A DNA stretch of 64,000 nt from Chrysomallon squamiferum. Its lineage: Eukaryota; Animalia; Mollusca. The stretch is from contig CM022672.1 of NCBI GenBank assembly GCA_012295275.1, positions 14,260,001-14,324,000 of the forward strand, in the 5' to 3' direction. The number at the start of each line of letters is the position of its first letter. Position 1 is the first letter of the stretch. Below are positions 57,886 to 64,000 of this stretch, one piece after another. The notes beneath the pieces were generated by a model that saw nothing but the letters and a program-made list of their open reading frames with translations, was not told the DNA's origin and did no database searches. The position numbers were made by a program, and so were the translations under genes.

Positions 57886-58525
57886 CATCATTTTGTTTTT
57901 ATCGTTGGATAGGAATAATCATTAAAAATGTATCTATCAATTTATTCATTTAATTCAGAATGTCATATGCTACACTTTCAAGCCAGAAGATCTGAAGAAA
58001 TTACCAAACGATCTCCCCAATAGGACTGAAGTTCTTCAAAAGGAAAATTTAGAGGAGGTATTTTCTTCAGGAACTACATGTCGCCATCTTTTCCCAGAAA
58101 ATAAAATCGTTGTAAACTGGGTTCCATTTCGCCCTTTGGTATCCAATGCTTCACACATAATCAAACCAGATACAGTTACCATAGCAACACCCGCAGACAC
58201 ACACGACATAATGTATTCTTTCATTTCTTCTGGTTCGTATTTCTACTGCAAGATGGGGATGGCTTATACAATAGACGCTTTCGGAGACAGCATGGACGAG
58301 TTTCGTACCCACATACCTCTGCACATGAAAACTATGAATCGAGTAGCTGATGGAAAAACGGTTTCGTTGTGTATTATAACGCAACCTGATATAAACCGTG
58401 AACATGTTGATTTGATTTTGTCAGAGACGGATCTGCCCAAGTATGCAGACGATAATGTTTTCCGGAAAATGCAAGTGTTTGAAAGAGATTTCGAACCAGC
58501 TCAAAAGGCCGAACCTTGTTTATAA
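55513..58525 (+). CDS. GNAT acetyltransferase, histidine N-acetyltransferase (HISAT)/NAT16-like, 4 coding exons, ~342 aa
   Basis: Exons 55513-55586, 56589-56760, 57298-57513, 57959-58525, phase-consistent. ATMDDLRGVVAIREVYSGRDYL, VVDDGETII, acetyl-CoA motif RIKEKYQGQGI and LFPENKIVVNWVPFRP parallel NAT16/HISAT motifs as recalled (IYGGLDYL, VIDAGETV, ERGKGV, LPGGTIIQDWQPYRP). Orthology is uncertain, so no symbol is given. Confidence 0.8.
55670..55848. repeat. Compound trinucleotide low-complexity tract (GTT/CTT/ATT/CAT)
   Basis: Seen directly in intron 1 of the GNAT gene; it explains several spurious ORFs. Confidence 0.9.
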
Positions 58526-60008
58526 TAATCAGAATTATTATTACGTTTATCATTAGTATATTTGTTTAAAGTTGCCATATCTAGCAGATTACCATCATCA
58601 TCATCACCAACATCATCATTATCATCATTACTTCACGTATGGTATTATGTCATCGTCTCTGGGATTTTAAAAAATATATTTTTTTTAATTTTATTATTAT
58701 TATTTTAATTTATCTATGTTTTTATTATTCCATATTCAGTCATTATTAGAGTTTGGCTTGCTGTATTACTGAATACTTTGTTATAAGACAGACATAATAA
58801 AAAATATTTATAAAATGTGTGCATGTTAATTACTTATTGTCATTACGTAATGATATGGTCACGATTGTGAGAGAGAAAGATTATGTGTTGTGATGATACA
58901 AATATTGGCAAAAATAAATATATAATCACGTTATTAATACTTAGTTTCATCAAGATAATTAAAACCCTTAACAAACTGAAAAGAAAAAGTCTTCATTTTG
59001 TAAATCAGGTCTCTATTCTGCTGCTAACTGATAAATAAGTATGGTCTTCAACGGCAAGTATTAATAAAATAATAAGAATAATAATAAATAAATAAAAAAC
59101 ATGGATAATAAAAAATGAAGAAATTCTTATGTGACAAGTCCCTTTTATAATTTACAAGCCTGATATGTAAAGCGATAATTACAAAACATAGATGATTAGT
59201 ATTATATATTCAGACATATAACTATTATAGCTAGTACTTTAATAAGCATTCTAAAGGTTTGTTTAGGGTATCAGAATAAAACAAATTCATTTTTAATAAA
59301 TCCAATTTGATCAATATATGTTAACTTCATAAGTCTATAAAGACAATGAATGTAATTACAACGTTATATATAATAATGGGCGTACAAGAAGGCTTGTCAC
59401 CACCGGCACTCCATAGGTTTCCGAGACATTCCGAAACAGTTGATAAACAGCGGAAACAGCCGATTTAATCCGAACACGTAAGTGGTGTGTCGCTATTATT
59501 TTCCTTAATAATTATTTTTCTAAAATTTAAAGGAACCTAATTTCAGATCGTTACAAACTGAGTGATTTCAATAAAGAGGTTTCGCTCAGTTTTTGCAATT
59601 ATAACTGAAGTTCAGTGGCATGTTTTTGCAACTCATTCTTTGCATGTTTTATTTCCCACTAATGCGACGACTAATTCAGTAATTGATCGCACACCGATTG
59701 GTAGTGACGTATACTTGTAGATTAGTATTACTGGAATAAATAACATTTTGAAAACAAACATAAAAAACATAATGAAAGAAATGAAAAAGAAAAAATACAC
59801 TGATCATATTTTATTTTATTTTTTTATTTATTATTATTATTTTTTATTTATTGTTATTAATTTTATCATAGATACATAATTATTTTACTCTAGTTCTCGC
59901 CACAGTTGATAGGACACAGAAGTGATACTGTCTGTCTGTTGTCAGTTATCGGATATTGAGTGTTTCATCTATTGTCTGATTCAGACATCGATTCTTTCTA
60001 CCGACAGA

Positions 60009-61090
60009 ATGAACCGGCCGGTGTTTGCCTTGTCCCGATTTCTGCAAGCAACCAAAAACATCAAGCGTCTCAACAGATTATGTTGCCATAACAACTACAC
60101 TTCGTCCAGCATTAGTTTTGACATCAGCGGCAACTACCCACCAATCACAACACCGTTCAACGAAGATGAATCCATCGCTTGGGACAAATTGGAAGAAAAT
60201 ATTACGAAATGGAACAATATTCCTCTACGAGGTTAGTTTCAATTATCTCCCATGGAATTTTAATTGAATTTATTGTAATTTATTATTATTATTATTTTTT
60301 TTTATTAGAACCAAATCCTTTTTCAGCAACATCTCATAACTTAATTTAATAAGATGTCTTTGTTACCTCGTGCCTCCCACAGTCAATTTGACAGTAAGAC
60401 CAAATAACAATAACCTTGTATTTTAAACTGATTTCTGAAAGACCATAATAACTATGTGCTTTCCTGTCTTTAGCAAGGTGCATAAAATAATAAAATAAAA
60501 AAATAATAAATAAAAAAATAATCCTTTATTGAAAATTGAGGAACAGTAGCCAAAATGCATAATAATCTGGATATAATCATAACTGTGCACGACATAGCAT
60601 AACCAAAGATTACAGATGTGTTTTGTTAGTCATAAAATAAAAAATACATATATTTCTACTATTCCTGCTTGCAAAATCCAGGTCTGGAGACACACACACA
60701 CATACACACATGTGTGAGTGTTTGTGTATGTGGTGTCTGTGTAGTTTTTATGAAGTTTTATTCATCGTGACTGTTAGTTAATTTGTTTTTGACTAGTTCA
60801 CTCTAACAAGTTTATATATTCTTCCAGGTTATGTTGTTCAGGGTTCTAATGGGGAGTATGTGTTGTTGAGTCAGGAGGAACGGTTGGAACTGGTTAACAA
60901 GGTTTATCACATGACTCCGAGCAGCAAACTGATCATAGCAGGTTCTGGATGTGAATGTAAGTTTCATTTGTTTGTTTATTTACGTATTTTATGCATAGAT
61001 TTATATTTAAAATTCTGTTGAAGTATTAGGTAAAATTTATTTATTTAATTTTATTTTATTTTATTTTATTTATTCATTTATATTTTAATT

Positions 61091-61134
<44 letters not shown>

Positions 61135-62301
61135 TTTTAATTTTAATTTTTAAATTTTTTTTATTTCATTTTCATTCATCTCATTTTGTCTTATTTATTT
61201 ATTTATTTGTTTGTTTTATTTTATTTTATTTTATTTTATTTTATTTTATTTTATTTTTGTATTTTTAATTTCATTTTGTTACTTTATTTACTCTTTTTTA
61301 TTTTTTAAATTTTTATTTCATTTTATTTTATTTTATTTACATTCAGCTACAAGAGAGACAATCATTTTGACAAACAAGATGGCAGACGCTGGGGCTCAGG
61401 CTGTGTTGGTGGTAACACCACATTACTACAAAGGTCGGATGACCAGCGAAACACTGATTCACTACTACACCAAGGTAGCTTGTACTAGTAGTAGCAGTAC
61501 TACAGAAGTAATAAAAGTAGTAATAGTGGTAATACTAGTAAAAGTAGTAATTGTAGTATAAGTAGTATTGTAATAATATAGTAGTAGCAATAGTAGTAGT
61601 AGTAACAGTACTAGTAGTAGCAGTAGTACTAGTATAGAAGTAATAAAAGTAGTAGTAGTAAAAGTAGTAATAGTTGTGTAAATAGTAGTAGAAGAAGCAG
61701 AAATAATAGTAATTGTAGTAGCAGTAGTAATCATATTGTTGAGTTTATAATTTTGATTGTTTCATTTTGTCATTGTTGTTCATGGTGTTGATGGTGTTGT
61801 TTTTAGGTTGCTGATGAAAGTAAAATTCCTGTGATACTCTACAGCGTTCCTGCCAACACTGGCATTGATCTTGATCCTGACATCGTCGTCAAACTGTCAC
61901 ATCATCCAAACATTGTTGGGATGAAAGACAGTGGTGGAGATGTTTGTATACTTGTTAAATATTTATATTTGTGTTCTCAGTGTTATTTCTTAGATATTCA
62001 ACATAGCCTTCTCTGTATGATTCAATTCCTTAATGAAGATTAATCATTTGGATTTTAGTATAATATAATACAAAATTTATAATGTTATAATGTTGTAATG
62101 TAATGTAATGTTATGTTATCTAATACAGTATAACACAGTACAATACAGTACAACACAACATATTAATAAATATGAATAAAGAAGTAAGTAAGTGAATGAA
62201 TGAATAAAATATATATATATTCAAACATACATGTATATAATTTCAGATATACATACATACATTCATTCACAAATACATTCAGTTTTATATATATATATAC
62301 C

Positions 62302-62333
<32 letters not shown>

Positions 62334-62403
62334 CATACATACATACATATACACACACACACACACACACATACATACATACATACATACAGACAGACAG
62401 ACA

Positions 62404-62473
<70 letters not shown>

Positions 62474-63566
62474 CATACATACAGACACACTGGTATAATC
62501 TGTTTTATTTTGTCAGATTGTTAAGCTAGCCAGTCTGGTACACAGAACATCACAACATGGTTTCCAGATTATAGCAGGATCAGCTAGCTTTCTTTTATCA
62601 GCATACGTTGTGGGTGAGTTGCACTTCTACTTATTTTGTGTCATGGTCACTGTACTGGCATGATGCATGATCTGTCACAGGATCAAATCTCCTCACAGCT
62701 TACACCTGACTAATTTACTTTTTTAAGTTTGTGGGAAGGTGAATATAAAAGCTACTTATTGCTGACTGAAAGAGTTCTGTGTGATCTAGTGGATTTCTCC
62801 TTATTTTTCTGTGTTATCCCTAACTGTATAATATTTATAATCATAAAGGGAAAGTGTTTTCTGTATATCTTAATATATTATTTTCTTGCTGAAACATTAT
62901 AAGTGTTTTATTACATGTATATATATAATAATTAAGTTATTTTTATAGAGACATATAATGTATTAATTTTTTATTATTATCTGGTTATCAGGTAAATGCT
63001 TACTCTTGTGTGGCATATTTTTTAATTTTGGGTGATAAATTTAAATAGCTTCTAATTTTATAGATATTAGAACACTGTATGTTTAATATTTTATTATTAC
63101 CAGGCATATAAAAACACTATTATGGTTACTATTGTATCATTACTAGATATATAATAACACTGTATGTTTAATATTGTATATTTATTAGATATATATAATG
63201 ACACTGTATGTTTAATACTGTATTATTACTAGATATATAATAACACTGTATGTTTAATATTGTATATTTATTAGATATATATAATGACGCTGTATGTTTA
63301 ATACTGTATTATTACTAGATATATAATAACACTTTATGTTTAATACTGTATTATTACTAGATACATAATGACACTGTATGTTTAATACTGTATTATTACT
63401 AGGTATATATAATGACACTTGTTGTGTTTCAGGTTGTGTTGGAGGAATCTGTGCACTATCAAATGTCCTGGGACAAGAAGTTTGCAAACTGGAAAGTTTC
63501 TACAAAGAAGGGAAGTTGACAGAAGCAAAATTACTTCAACACAGACTTATAGCCCCCAACACAGCT
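60009..63566 (+). CDS. HOGA1: Mitochondrial 4-hydroxy-2-oxoglutarate aldolase (DHDPS/NAL family), 6 exons in window, last exon beyond the right edge
   Basis: Exons 60009-60231, 60828-60956, 61347-61474, 61807-61941, 62517-62613, 63433-63566. Arg-rich presequence, then [56 protein letters not shown], Schiff-base lysine motif [21 protein letters not shown] and LQHRLIAPN. Confidence 0.95.
61476..61735. repeat. (AGT/AAT)n-derived low-complexity tract in HOGA1 intron 3
   Basis: Seen directly. Confidence 0.85.
62200..62490. repeat. Compound (TACA)n/(CA)n/(CAGA)n microsatellite in HOGA1 intron 4
   Basis: Seen directly. Confidence 0.92.
62650..62830 (+). mobile_element. Probable decayed SINE-like interspersed repeat fragment
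   Basis: The segment tgtgggaaggtgaatataaaagctacttattgctgactgaaagagt, preceded by a B-box-like ggatcaaatc, resembles a tRNA-derived gastropod repeat as I remember it. Similar opposite-orientation relics may lie near 30690-31100 and 55975-56130. Not verified by search. Confidence 0.35.
63061..63419 (+). repeat. ~42-44 bp minisatellite (~8 copies) ending at the HOGA1 exon 6 acceptor
   Basis: Unit AGATATATAATRACACTGTATGTTTAATACTGTATTATTACT is repeated up to ~13 nt before the acceptor AG. Confidence 0.9.
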
Positions 63567-64000
63567 GTAAGTATAATCTACCTCAGTAAAGACAGATATA
63601 GCTGTATGTATAATCTACTTCAAACAGACATATTTAGCATTAGTATAATCTAATTCAGTACAGACAGATATAGCTGTATGTATAATCTACTTCAGTATAG
63701 ACAGATATAGCTGTTAGAATAATCTAACTCAGTACAGACAGATATAGCTGTAAGAATAATCTAATTCAGTAAAACAGACATATATAGCATTAGTATAATC
63801 TACTTCAGTATAGACAGATGTAGCTGTAAGTATAATCTATTACAATACAGATATAGCTGTAAGTATAATCTACTACAGTACAGATATAGCTCTAAGTATA
63901 ATCAACTACAGTATAGATCTAGCTGTAAGTATAATCTACTACAGTATAGATGTAGCTGTAAGTATAATCTACTACAGTATAGATATAGCTGTAAGTAGAA
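63563..64000 (+). repeat. 33-39 bp minisatellite (~12 copies, continues off-window) whose unit begins with the exon 6 donor site
   Basis: Unit AGCTGTAAGTATAATCTACTACAGTATAGATAT. The first copy overlaps the exon/intron junction AGCT|GTAAGT at 63566/63567. Confidence 0.92.

Overview
This is AT-rich, microsatellite-dense, intron-rich metazoan nuclear DNA. An invertebrate origin, probably a mollusc, is inferred from composition and mosaic CpG depletion. Reading GT-AG splice sites by hand gives seven phase-consistent gene models: CFAP58 (minus strand, 5' part, runs off the left edge), EXD2 (minus), MRPS26 (plus, head-to-head with EXD2, 159 bp between ATGs), SEPSECS (minus, with a long Ser-rich C-terminal tail), a PKN2-type kinase (plus, 20 coding exons), a NAT16/histidine N-acetyltransferase-like GNAT with an apparent mitochondrial presequence (plus), and HOGA1 (plus, runs off the right edge). 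Non-coding highlights are an unexplained GC-rich, extensively self-complementary element at 53391-53544 at a sharp CpG-poor to CpG-rich boundary, a MITE-like foldback, a minisatellite that has amplified the HOGA1 exon 6 splice donor, and a degenerate ~30-bp array after the PKN stop. No rRNA, tRNA or CRISPR array was recognised. Gene names come from recalled similarity to known proteins, not from a database search.
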